From an uncultured virus (IMG/VR IMGVR_UViG_3300025849_000024) (taxonomy: Duplodnaviria; Heunggongvirae; Uroviricota; Caudoviricetes; Crassvirales): DNA of 23,787 nt. The position numbers and the translations under genes are program-made. The stretch lies in IMG/VR virus record IMGVR_UViG_3300025849_000024; one strand, written 5' to 3'. The notes under the pieces are model-generated. The model was not told the DNA's origin. It worked only from the letters and a program-made list of their open reading frames with translations, and made no database searches. Shown in pieces: positions 8,403 to 18,183 of this stretch. Each line of letters opens with the position of its first letter. Within the stretch, counting starts at the first letter, position 1.

Positions 8403-8690
8403 TCAATTTTTCTTAATGCTTAATTCATACAACCTTTTTTCTATTAGATCTAACTTTTTCCCGTTTTCCATTACCTGGGCTCCGGTATTCATTATCTGTT
8501 CTCTTATTAGTTGATCTTTTAAATCGTATTCTGATCTAGTAATTGGAGGTTTAGGTAGTTCTTTAGCTAAAGCAATATCCGCTTTTAGTGTAAAGAACAC
8601 TGTTGCTAAACTTATCACAAACCCAATAATAACTCCTATTGTTTTTAGATCAAGTTGTACGTTAGTGTCTTCGCTTATTTTTACAGCCAT
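8403..8690 (-). CDS. Single-pass membrane protein with C-terminal coiled coil (95 aa)
   Basis: TM segment IGVIIGFVISLATVFFTL followed by heptad-like tail. Confidence 0.65.
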   Translation of the reverse strand: MAVKISEDTNVQLDLKTIGVIIGFVISLATVFFTLKADIALAKELPKPPITRSEYDLKDQLIREQIMNTGAQVMENGKKLDLIEKRLYELSIKKN

Positions 8691-8702
8691 TTTTAGTATT
8701 TT

Positions 8703-8900
8703 AAAGTATAATTAATTTTGTTACAGGTTAAAGCATTCTACTACTTAATTTTTGTGTTTTTAACCTTAACAAAACACATATACTTTTATTAACTGCTTTG
8801 AGTTAATTTTTAAACTATTATGGAAGGATGTATACCTGTACATCTCCATGATTAAATTGTTAATCAAAGAGAGTCAGCCTCTGAAGATACTGTGAGCTGA
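8703..8900. other. Intergenic cluster of inverted repeats (possible structured RNA / regulatory leader)
   Basis: 8703-8710 pairs with 8779-8786; 8716-8732 pairs with 8759-8774 (one bulge); further stems 8820-8849, 8850-8865, 8874-8900. Only long non-coding gap in the window. Confidence 0.45.
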
Positions 8901-8976
8901 AAATACTATACTAAAAACTGATATACTTTTTATTCTGATTTGCTATGCTGACTATCTATGATACCTAAAATAAATA

Positions 8977-9765
8977 TTATCTGGCAGATAACCTCATATT
9001 AGCACTAACATCATACAAATATAAGCTATTTTGGCTGACATTATCAAATGAAAAGCGAGAAATAATGAATTTATCTATAAATCTTTTCTGTTCATACCAG
9101 GGTTTATTACTATTTATGTTTCCTGATATTACGTTTAAATCGCTGTCTATAAACGGATTAGACGTGTTGTTAACTAAGTCTCTAAATTTATTTACACCCC
9201 AAGTTCCTTCTCTATTATACATATTATAATTAAGTGTAGCTGCGTTATTACTTGTTTTTAAAGTAAGATCTAAGCTACCTGAGCATTGATATGAGTTGTA
9301 TATTAATAAATCTGTTATAGTAGATTGGTGTAAATGTGCACCAGATGAGTTAGTTATCTTACTAACCCAGTTTACTGTAGAAAATACTTTTGTAAAAATA
9401 TTCTCAGGATTAAATACTGCATCTATGTAACTTGCATAAGTAGTTTGAGAGCTCCCTACTTCATAGTATTTAGCGTACTTTCCTTCTATGTTGTGTCTAT
9501 ATAGTTTTTTATAATCACTAGAAAATAAAATGTTTCTAGTATTTACCATAACAGAAGGGTAGTAATCATGATAAGATGCCCAGCTTTTTGTATCAAGCGC
9601 GTATGATAAAGTCCAAGAGTTATTTATAAAATACGAGTCAAGCTCAGATTCCTGCAGCTGTCTTAAATATTTTACTCCTCCAGACAATTGCACAGTATAA
9701 TAAGCTCCGTCATTTAAGACTAAACTACCTACTGCTAAATCTGCTATGTTGGTTATTACGCTCAT
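8977..9765 (-). CDS. C-terminal module of crAss-like tail stabilisation/muzzle protein, as separate ORF (262 aa)
   Basis: YFINNSWTLSY...WASYHDYYP...LYRHN...KVFSTVNW...REGTW...FRD motifs recalled from the C-terminal region of crAss-like muzzle (P22 gp10-like) proteins. Confidence 0.65.
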   Translation of the reverse strand: MSVITNIADLAVGSLVLNDGAYYTVQLSGGVKYLRQLQESELDSYFINNSWTLSYALDTKSWASYHDYYPSVMVNTRNILFSSDYKKLYRHNIEGKYAKYYEVGSSQTTYASYIDAVFNPENIFTKVFSTVNWVSKITNSSGAHLHQSTITDLLIYNSYQCSGSLDLTLKTSNNAATLNYNMYNREGTWGVNKFRDLVNNTSNPFIDSDLNVISGNINSNKPWYEQKRFIDKFIISRFSFDNVSQNSLYLYDVSANMRLSAR

Positions 9766-9767
9766 AT

Positions 9768-12700
9768 TTATGGTATATTAAATCCAAAGTCTTCTAATAC
9801 GTCTACAACTAATCCTCTAAAGTATGCAGAAGTTCCACTAATGTTTCCGTCATAAGAGTATGTTATATCATCTGCTAGACTGCCTTGTGTTGTTGTTAAA
9901 TCATATGCTACTCCATTATCTGTTCCTATCATCTCACTAGATGTACTTGTTTCTACAGCTTGTAAGAAAGGTTTTAATCCTGCATAAGAACTGTTAGCTA
10001 AATGAAATACATGTCCATACACATTGGTTCCAGAAGGTGTTCCAGATATAGCTGACTTGTAAGAGTTTAAATCTGCTATATGAGATGCTCCACCGGACGT
10101 ATCTCTATAACCTGATATAGACCAAGTAGAAGATGCTGCATAAGGTGAAGACTCATCTTGAAATACCATTGTTATAATGTTATCTGCATTTTCAAAGTCA
10201 TTCCCACTTGCTACACCAAACCCAGTTCTACTTGAACCTAAAGTTACATCAGAACTATTTCTCCAAGTAAGACTAGAATCATTAGCTAGCATTGCCCATG
10301 TTTTTTCAGAGTTTTCTATAAGTAAGTATACATGCGAATCGTATGCATCTGAACCATTTGTAGTAGTATCTGTGTTACCTTGTAACTCTGTTTGACCTGT
10401 AGCATAAAAATCTTGTAGCACCGCTCTAAGAGTGTCTGGATTTTTGACAGTAGTGCTCCCGCTTGTAAAATAAGACCCTCCTGCCATTGTTTGTAAGTTT
10501 GGTACTGCAGCATCCATAGATCCTGAACCATCAAATACAAGCATTATATACGTGTCTGGAGTGATAAACTGACCTGCTAAAGAAACAGTTGCTGTATCAA
10601 TACATATACTTTTAGATACTGAGTAACTAAAAGAATCTGTTAATGACTGCGCTGCAGATAAAGAAGTCTCTGAATACACAATACCAGGGTTATACCAGTA
10701 CCTACCTGATGCAGGTGTTCTTGTTGTACTGTTATAATCAGTATGAGAAGTTATGTCTATTCCTTGAGCAGATTGACTTGACTCTTCATCAACACAAAAG
10801 AATATACCAGAGCTGTTTGTCACTCTATTTATTCTCCCCTGACCAGCTCCGTCCCACCACCAGCTATTGTTTATAGCTACTGATGTTTGTTGTAAACATG
10901 TACTACCTAACCAAGTTCCTGTTAAAGAGGTAGTGTTTTGTATAACAGTACTAAATCTATATGTACCATTAGCGTCTTTTGGCATGTAGTGGTATTTTTG
11001 TATAATACCTGGGTCATTGTTACCAAGATTATTAACTTGATCCCACTCAATTATTATATCATAATTAGCAGTAGTATTTGTACTCCCGTTATAAACATAT
11101 TCTAAATATACATTGTCTTTAGCCCCATCTGTTGGTGTATATATATTAGAATTAACAACTAGAGCACTTGTTTGTCCCGGTTTTCTTAAATACCCTGACG
11201 TTGGTATAGATGTTAAAGCTGCAGTTGTTGGATACAAAGATGCGTTAGCTCCTGAGAAAGTAGTTCCAAAGTTATCATTAATAAAAGGATATACATTTGT
11301 AACCGCTCCATAATTAACAGATATAGCATTACCATTGTTAACTTTTAAAACTTGATCATCACTAACAGTTTCTTGAAGTGTTATAGTAAGTTTAAAAGAA
11401 ATCAAATTTGTACTTGTACTAAGTATTTTTAATTCAGGATATACTACTGCTCCTGATACAGCAGGGGTAGGATCTGATATCCAGTTTCTTGTAGCACTTG
11501 TAGTTTGACCAATTCCAGACGCGCCTGTTGCACTGTCTAATAACTCATTTGTTAAAGCATTTCTAAGCTCTGCTTTTATAACAGAGTTAGTTGGATATAC
11601 ATCTGTAAACCCATATACAATATTAAGAACTGCTCCTTGCACTCTTCTGTAATGTTGTGTTGTTCCCGAAGTAGTTAATATTCTTTTTTCGTTTGGATAA
11701 TCCGGTTGAGTCGAATCTTCTGCTACTTGAATACCGTACAAAGTATCAATAGCAAAGGACATAGGCGATGTACCATTTAAAGTAACGTCTGTAACAGAAT
11801 CATTAGCTAGCACAGGGCAATCATACACATTATATGTTGCAGACCCTACTGTAATAACAGCTGCATTAGGAATGTTACTTTGATTACCAGAACTATCTTC
11901 ACTATATTTTTCAATATTAGTTAGTGTAGCAATTATAGTCTCTGTTCCTTCTATTGTATCATCTGATATAGTTGTACCAGATACAGCTACAGTTGTATAA
12001 CCTTGTGGTATAGTTATAGCCGTTACAGGTAACGTACCATCTGCCGGGGCAGTAAAAGTTCCTGAATATGCCACTGTTGCATAAAAGTCTACTTCTTGTA
12101 TTTCACTAAGAGTTACATTTAATGTAGGCACCGCTCCTTCAAAAGCCCCCGCAGCATTCCAAGACAAAGCTATGTTTGGTTTACCTGGACAAAGCGCTGT
12201 ATTAATTACAGGTGCAACATATCCAACATGAGAAGAAGAATTAGAAACTTGTCCTATTAATTGACCCCATTGATCAAACACATTTAAATGAGTGTATCCT
12301 ACATACCCAGTATTATTACCTTCTGAGTCAACTATACAATAAGGAGTTGCTTCTTTATATGTAGTAGGTATTGATACGTCAGTATATAAAGTAGTATTTA
12401 ACTTAAGATCCTTTTTACTTAAGATTATTCTGTTGTTATCTTCATCAAACGCAGTAGTATATCCTGATCCTCCTAAGTTAAAGGCTGTATCATAACTGCT
12501 TTGTTGTGTGTTTTCAAAATCTAAGTTGTCTTGAAACCAGTTTCTCATTCCATTATTAGATATTTCTTCTAGTGTATCTGACACTATAAATACTTTACCT
12601 TGTTCTCTGTCTACAAAACTATAACCGGCTTTACTTACAAGTATAGAAGATAAGTTTTGTGTTCCCGCGTAACCATTTTCCGAGGTAAGCAGTTCAGTAG

Positions 12701-15700
12701 GAGCAAATTGGAATATATCTCCAGTACCTAATGACGCTTGTGCTGTATCAGTGGCTATTACATCTTGTGTAGTAGTTCTAAATAAAGCAAACTCATGGTG
12801 TATTAATAGATGTTTGCCTAGTCCTTCAAGGTTCGTAATACTACCTCTGTCTTTTGGCATTTCATAGTAATCGTTTGTCTTAAATACTTTGAGCGTCATT
12901 GTTTTATTCTCTTGCCCATATGCTTGAGATCTAATAACACGATAAGGAAATTTATCTAAGAATTTGTTTCTATTATCATAAGAGGTTGTAGTGTTATATG
13001 TATTTATAGAAGTATAATCTTCATTATAATGCAACGCATTTGTGTTTGTAATATCAACAGCACGTGCTCTGTAGTTATGCAAAGCTTGTTTTTTCTGATC
13101 TAATACAGAGTTTACACTAGTAGTTGTATTACCATTAGCCATAGACCCAACACTGCACTTAGGATAGTAAGAGTCTATGAAGCTATTTTTACTGTTACGT
13201 AAAGATGTATTAGAAGAACTATATCTAGGAAAATAGAATATATTTTTAACCGCGTTAAATTTATTATCTGAATAATACCAGGTATTAGTGCTTTTACCTT
13301 CTGAATAAAATAAAGGAGCTGTTAATCTTACTCCGTACATTCCTACAAAAGTATCACCACCAAATATTACACCTGTATTTTTAATAATACTATTTTGTGT
13401 AAGCAATTTTGCTTTGTCTGCAAGTGATATTTTATTGTATCCTAAAGTAGAAACTAATGTTTGATCATAAAAACTATTATAAACATCTGTTTTGTAAGAA
13501 AGCAGATCTACTAAATTATAAGAAGGTCCTATAGTAACTCCTTCAAAAGAACTGTCTGTACCATTTTCTTCGTTATAATAATGCGACTTAATTTTTCTCC
13601 ACCCTGATGGTGTTTTGTACCCTTCTTTAACTACAGTTTGTCCTAAAACAACTACGTTTTTAGTCTCTTCAACCATAAAACCGGTATGATGATCTATTTC
13701 ACTCCAATACTGTTCTTTATCATAATGTACAATTTGAGCATGAAAGCATTCTTCTCCCCAAGTATTATTTACGGTAATAGAGTTTTTAGTTACAATACCA
13801 TCCCCCGGTAAATAAGAAGGACTTTGCAGCTGTCTTAAAATGTTAAAATCATTATCAACTAAACTAAATCCTACATTGTTTTCTATACTTGTAGAAGTAC
13901 CTGCTCTATTCCATATTTGGTTATAAGATGCCTGCACTGTTGTATCTATAGTAGAGTTTTTACCTAAGAGAGTTGTATACTTACCTAGTGCTCCTTCATT
14001 AGCAGTATCTTCACTAAAGCTAGTGCTGTCTGTTAAACCATCTGCACTATCAATCGCATCATGTGTGTTATGATTTATAGTTCTTATATCTGTAAATTCT
14101 GCCCCTGATAGTTTAGAAACAATGTTTACATACGCACTTTGTATTGTAGGTTTAGTGTTTAAAACATCAAACCCATGGAAGCGTAAAGAGCTTGGATTTA
14201 TTTTGTGTTGCTTTGCTAAGTCTGTTTCATTTAAATCAAAACTAGTTTGATGCCAAGCATCTCCAGTATAAGCAGCTGTTGTACCTACAGAGTTATGTTT
14301 GTTAGAAGACTCAAGGTTTAAATTACCTAGTGGTATTAAGTGACCTGCATATGAGCCTTCTTCATTAGGCTGTAATGCATGTGGTGATCCATGAAAAGCT
14401 ATAGACTGATCGTATACTCTTGTGTTACGTTCATCTCGTCTTGCATAGAAAAACTGATAACCTTGTACTTTATCTTTTAGTTCTCTTGGTATTTCTATAT
14501 TAGAAAAACGCACACCGCAAATAGAAGCGTACATAGAATAAGGACCATACACAGGCTCTGGAAATTGATAAGGGTACGATAATATTTGTATATCAAAGTC
14601 ATAAGTTATTCTATTTGACAAAGAGCTATTACTAGGCACATTTGTATTTACATCTCCATTTACAATACACGTAGTTTCGTGATAAAATTGTATAACATCA
14701 CCAACCTGTAAAGCTATTGTAGCAGTAAAATCAGGTCTAAATACTTCTCCTACATCTAAACTAGTAAAGTCTCCTCCCTTAGTGGACGTTATTAATTTAA
14801 AGTCTGCGTCATACCCAGTATCATTTACTTGTGCATTATGCTCTGCCTCTGTAACTAAAGCTTTTGAATTAGACTCTTTATTACGAAATACATCTGTACG
14901 TGTCCATGTAGATTCGTCTGCAACATCCTGCTTAGATATTTTTCTTATACCTGATATACAAACTTGATCAATTGTTGGTTTGTTAGCTATAGTTATATTT
15001 TTTGTAAGCATTTCAACACCGTATTTTCCTTTAAGTAATAAAGTGTGTGCTTCTGTAGCTTTATACGTATAATTGCCGTTTGACCAAACTCCGTAAGGAG
15101 TAGTACCAGTTACAGCTGTAGGAAACAAAGTAGATCCAGATAAAGCCGATATAGCAACTTGATTATTTAAAGAGCCCGAACTGTTATAATGAAAATCGTC
15201 AAAGTTTTTTGGAGACAGCCCTGAACTAGTAACATCCGGAACAGTACCTGTTTGTTTTATGTTTGCAACTCCCTCAGCATCATAAGGCTGTGAGCTAATA
15301 AAACTTGGTGTAGTATAGTTACCTAAACTAGCGCTATAGTTATAATCTACAGCCTGTCTAATTGTTTTTATACCATTTCCATTATTACTGCCTACTTGTG
15401 TACTGCTGCTATTCCACCATGCTGTAATAACACTTGGTTGAATTTGATCAACAAACATTGCTGTGTCTTTATGTCTATAGTCTACCCAACTATGTACACG
15501 ACCACATCCTTTTGTGTATTTTCCTTCACCCCATCTTCTACCCCATAAACCAGAATGATGAGCAGACGAAAGGCACCATGGTTTTTTATACCATTTCCAG
15601 TAGTAATGACCTATAATTCTACCTGTATACCAACCAAGTTGACTACCGTATAAATATCTATAGGACTGTCCAGTTCGTAAAGGCAACTCTGGAATTGGAG

Positions 15701-18182
15701 TATTTAAATTTTCACCCATGCCTGCTCCTTGATATTCTATCTCTAATCCATCGGCAAGCTTATTAGTGTTTTTTATAGTAAGCAGATTAGGATACAATGC
15801 TTCTAAATCTGCTAAAGTTCCCGCACTTACTTGTTGTGGAGTTGTAGCATTATGCTCGTATCCTCCTCTTCTCATATTACCTGCAATATCAATAGAGCCT
15901 GTTAAAAAATGAGCGTAAGGACCACTAGTGTCAGTAAATTCTCTTGGGTCGTAAGTCTCAGCTAAAAAATAGTATCCTGCAGGTACTGTAGGAGAAGCTG
16001 TCCCTACGTATAAATATAAATGGTGTTTTACAGTTTGTCTAGTGTAAGAAACATTGTGGGCTGTATTTTTTTTATTATTAGACCAAAAAGACATTTTACC
16101 TTTAGTAGGCATACTAGGTCTAGTGTCTATTTCACACTCGTCCATGTATGCAATAACTACTAAATCACCAGTTCCTGCAGCAGGTCCAGAAAAATCCCCT
16201 GAATCTGATTCATCAGGAAAAGAAGTATTAACTCCATTTAAGGTTGCATAGTTAGGCATCTTGTGATGACGTACAGGTTGTCCTGCATTAGTATTTCCCC
16301 AAGTGTCTACATCTAGTGGATATTTTTCATTTTCGTTTTGCCAAAACCCTAGTCTACCATCTACTCTTGCAGTTTCTCTAGTCTGAAAATATCTTGTATC
16401 TGGATTTATGCCAAGGTCATGGTTAAATATTCTTTCGTATTTTGTACGATCTCCGGCAGTTATTGTACCACTGCTTACATCTCCTAGTATAACATCTTTT
16501 AAAGGAATAGTTTCATCTATAGATATAGGGTTTAAGTATTTATTGTTTTGATCCTTAAGAGCAACTGTAACAAGCATTTTATCTCTACCTGGTATATGAT
16601 ACGCTCCAGACCATGTGCCATCGTTATATAAAAATGAAATGTAAAAAGCATACACTTCATCGGGTCTAAATCCTTTTTTATTGTATACAAGCAATTCATT
16701 TTTATAAGACCCCTTTACAGAGTTAATATCTACATAATCTCTTTCCCAGTGTGCCTTTATGTTCATAGCGTAAGGCTGGTAATTAAAATCAGGAGTAGTG
16801 GTAAGGTTTCCTAAAAACAATTTACTATCAAAATAAGTTATAGTCTTAGCTGTTTTATAAGTGTCATTACCTACAGTAATATCTTCTAGTAGTAAAGTAT
16901 TAGAAGTTTCTTTACCGGTATATGTTATTTCAAAATTGTTTTCTGTAGATACGTTTGTATCATTTGATACTTCTATTGAGGTATCATCTGCTACTTCATC
17001 ACTTATAAAAGAAGCAATTTCTATTTTTTTAACAAACTCGCTTGTAACAACTCCTCCTATTTTTTTATAAACAGAAAAGTGTACATATTTATACCTCGTG
17101 TCTATATCAGTTAATATAAACTTTATAGATTTAGAAGTAGGTGTGTCTGGTTCACATCCATCATATTCAGATGTAATATCAAAATTACTTTGTTGGTCTT
17201 GTCTATAACTTCCTGATAACTCTAAAGTAGAGTTTGTTACAATAAAAGGACCTTCTAAGGGTGTATAGTTAGTAACGCTGCCATCTTCTAGTTCGTAAGC
17301 AAACGATAAAAAATAAGCGCCTGATTTTAAAGCACCTCCATTATCTAATATTGTATTGTAAACTATACGAGGTTTAGAAAACTCTGGGTATAAATAAGAT
17401 AAAACTAAATCATTTTCATCTAATAGTTTTTTAGATGTAGGATCTACATCAAAAGGAAGTGTATCTATATTTAAAATTTTTGGAGGATTCTTATCATCTG
17501 TAAAAGCAATGATAATTTCTCTTTTATAATTTAATACATAACATCCTTTAATAAAAGAATCAGATCTAAATTTAAGCTTTGATGACTCTAATACTTTTGT
17601 ATAAGTTCCATCTTTATACCTACCTATTTCTGAGTAATATACTTCTTCTATTATATTTAAAGCAGAACCTGTCTCTAAAGAAAAAGTTAGGTTTGCTTTT
17701 ATATTTTGTACGTTGTTAGTATCAGAAAAAGATACAGTAAAGTTATTAGAAGGGGTAGTACTATCAGTTTGTGTTACAGTAGCTCCTCCATTAATAAAAT
17801 ATGTATACGCACCTCCTCCGGAAGGAAAAGGTAAATCATCAATAATTATAGTCTCGCTTTGTACTATGCCTATGTTGTTCGTATAAGTTATAGTAAGATT
17901 ACCCGTCATATTAGCAGGAATCTCTACAAGGTATGTTGCTACAGTTCTGTTAGTAACAATAGTATCAGAATCATCGTCTCTTGAAAAGATAATAATTTCG
18001 TCATCTGTTACTGGTATACTTCCTATAATCTTCTTTGTAAGAGTATGTATTTTATTAAACCCTAACTCATTTGTAACTGCTCCGTGTATTTTATTAATAA
18101 GAATGTTACGAGCGTTTGGATATGTGCCCTCAAGCTGATCGATAGCATGCGTATCTTTATATAAACCTTTATCTAATTTCAT
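9768..18182 (-). CDS. crAss-like tail stabilisation/muzzle protein with large insertions (Calx-beta-like, VWA) (2804 aa)
   Basis: MKLDKGLYKD...YPNARNI...NELG start, FTDDKNPPKILNI, GGALKSGAY, LFLGNL, KGFRPDEVYAFYI...HIPGR, RHHKMP, GVRFSNIEIP, FGGDTF, YYEMPKDRGSITNL, GDIF...GYAGTQ motifs; follows tail tubular gene as in crAss-like phages. Confidence 0.75.
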   Translation of the reverse strand: MKLDKGLYKDTHAIDQLEGTYPNARNILINKIHGAVTNELGFNKIHTLTKKIIGSIPVTDDEIIIFSRDDDSDTIVTNRTVATYLVEIPANMTGNLTITYTNNIGIVQSETIIIDDLPFPSGGGAYTYFINGGATVTQTDSTTPSNNFTVSFSDTNNVQNIKANLTFSLETGSALNIIEEVYYSEIGRYKDGTYTKVLESSKLKFRSDSFIKGCYVLNYKREIIIAFTDDKNPPKILNIDTLPFDVDPTSKKLLDENDLVLSYLYPEFSKPRIVYNTILDNGGALKSGAYFLSFAYELEDGSVTNYTPLEGPFIVTNSTLELSGSYRQDQQSNFDITSEYDGCEPDTPTSKSIKFILTDIDTRYKYVHFSVYKKIGGVVTSEFVKKIEIASFISDEVADDTSIEVSNDTNVSTENNFEITYTGKETSNTLLLEDITVGNDTYKTAKTITYFDSKLFLGNLTTTPDFNYQPYAMNIKAHWERDYVDINSVKGSYKNELLVYNKKGFRPDEVYAFYISFLYNDGTWSGAYHIPGRDKMLVTVALKDQNNKYLNPISIDETIPLKDVILGDVSSGTITAGDRTKYERIFNHDLGINPDTRYFQTRETARVDGRLGFWQNENEKYPLDVDTWGNTNAGQPVRHHKMPNYATLNGVNTSFPDESDSGDFSGPAAGTGDLVVIAYMDECEIDTRPSMPTKGKMSFWSNNKKNTAHNVSYTRQTVKHHLYLYVGTASPTVPAGYYFLAETYDPREFTDTSGPYAHFLTGSIDIAGNMRRGGYEHNATTPQQVSAGTLADLEALYPNLLTIKNTNKLADGLEIEYQGAGMGENLNTPIPELPLRTGQSYRYLYGSQLGWYTGRIIGHYYWKWYKKPWCLSSAHHSGLWGRRWGEGKYTKGCGRVHSWVDYRHKDTAMFVDQIQPSVITAWWNSSSTQVGSNNGNGIKTIRQAVDYNYSASLGNYTTPSFISSQPYDAEGVANIKQTGTVPDVTSSGLSPKNFDDFHYNSSGSLNNQVAISALSGSTLFPTAVTGTTPYGVWSNGNYTYKATEAHTLLLKGKYGVEMLTKNITIANKPTIDQVCISGIRKISKQDVADESTWTRTDVFRNKESNSKALVTEAEHNAQVNDTGYDADFKLITSTKGGDFTSLDVGEVFRPDFTATIALQVGDVIQFYHETTCIVNGDVNTNVPSNSSLSNRITYDFDIQILSYPYQFPEPVYGPYSMYASICGVRFSNIEIPRELKDKVQGYQFFYARRDERNTRVYDQSIAFHGSPHALQPNEEGSYAGHLIPLGNLNLESSNKHNSVGTTAAYTGDAWHQTSFDLNETDLAKQHKINPSSLRFHGFDVLNTKPTIQSAYVNIVSKLSGAEFTDIRTINHNTHDAIDSADGLTDSTSFSEDTANEGALGKYTTLLGKNSTIDTTVQASYNQIWNRAGTSTSIENNVGFSLVDNDFNILRQLQSPSYLPGDGIVTKNSITVNNTWGEECFHAQIVHYDKEQYWSEIDHHTGFMVEETKNVVVLGQTVVKEGYKTPSGWRKIKSHYYNEENGTDSSFEGVTIGPSYNLVDLLSYKTDVYNSFYDQTLVSTLGYNKISLADKAKLLTQNSIIKNTGVIFGGDTFVGMYGVRLTAPLFYSEGKSTNTWYYSDNKFNAVKNIFYFPRYSSSNTSLRNSKNSFIDSYYPKCSVGSMANGNTTTSVNSVLDQKKQALHNYRARAVDITNTNALHYNEDYTSINTYNTTTSYDNRNKFLDKFPYRVIRSQAYGQENKTMTLKVFKTNDYYEMPKDRGSITNLEGLGKHLLIHHEFALFRTTTQDVIATDTAQASLGTGDIFQFAPTELLTSENGYAGTQNLSSILVSKAGYSFVDREQGKVFIVSDTLEEISNNGMRNWFQDNLDFENTQQSSYDTAFNLGGSGYTTAFDEDNNRIILSKKDLKLNTTLYTDVSIPTTYKEATPYCIVDSEGNNTGYVGYTHLNVFDQWGQLIGQVSNSSSHVGYVAPVINTALCPGKPNIALSWNAAGAFEGAVPTLNVTLSEIQEVDFYATVAYSGTFTAPADGTLPVTAITIPQGYTTVAVSGTTISDDTIEGTETIIATLTNIEKYSEDSSGNQSNIPNAAVITVGSATYNVYDCPVLANDSVTDVTLNGTSPMSFAIDTLYGIQVAEDSTQPDYPNEKRILTTSGTTQHYRRVQGAVLNIVYGFTDVYPTNSVIKAELRNALTNELLDSATGASGIGQTTSATRNWISDPTPAVSGAVVYPELKILSTSTNLISFKLTITLQETVSDDQVLKVNNGNAISVNYGAVTNVYPFINDNFGTTFSGANASLYPTTAALTSIPTSGYLRKPGQTSALVVNSNIYTPTDGAKDNVYLEYVYNGSTNTTANYDIIIEWDQVNNLGNNDPGIIQKYHYMPKDANGTYRFSTVIQNTTSLTGTWLGSTCLQQTSVAINNSWWWDGAGQGRINRVTNSSGIFFCVDEESSQSAQGIDITSHTDYNSTTRTPASGRYWYNPGIVYSETSLSAAQSLTDSFSYSVSKSICIDTATVSLAGQFITPDTYIMLVFDGSGSMDAAVPNLQTMAGGSYFTSGSTTVKNPDTLRAVLQDFYATGQTELQGNTDTTTNGSDAYDSHVYLLIENSEKTWAMLANDSSLTWRNSSDVTLGSSRTGFGVASGNDFENADNIITMVFQDESSPYAASSTWSISGYRDTSGGASHIADLNSYKSAISGTPSGTNVYGHVFHLANSSYAGLKPFLQAVETSTSSEMIGTDNGVAYDLTTTQGSLADDITYSYDGNISGTSAYFRGLVVDVLEDFGFNIP

Positions 18183-18183
18183 C

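Noticed and set aside
8713..8720. TAATTTTG matching the Bacteroidota -7 box on the plus strand
   Set aside because: Antisense to all genes, no TTTG at the -33 position, and easily arises by chance in AT-rich DNA.
8691..8976. tRNA gene or CRISPR mini-array in the intergenic gap
   Set aside because: No cloverleaf with TTC T-loop and no regularly spaced 25-40 nt direct repeats.
10316..10540. 74-aa same-strand alternative-frame ORF in the muzzle gene
   Set aside because: Overlaps the VWA domain with intact MIDAS; no independent support.
9768..18182. Intein, intron or diversity-generating retroelement explaining the large insertions
   Set aside because: No intein C/S...HN-C/S/T splice motifs, homing endonuclease motifs, reverse transcriptase or template/variable repeat pair recognised by eye.
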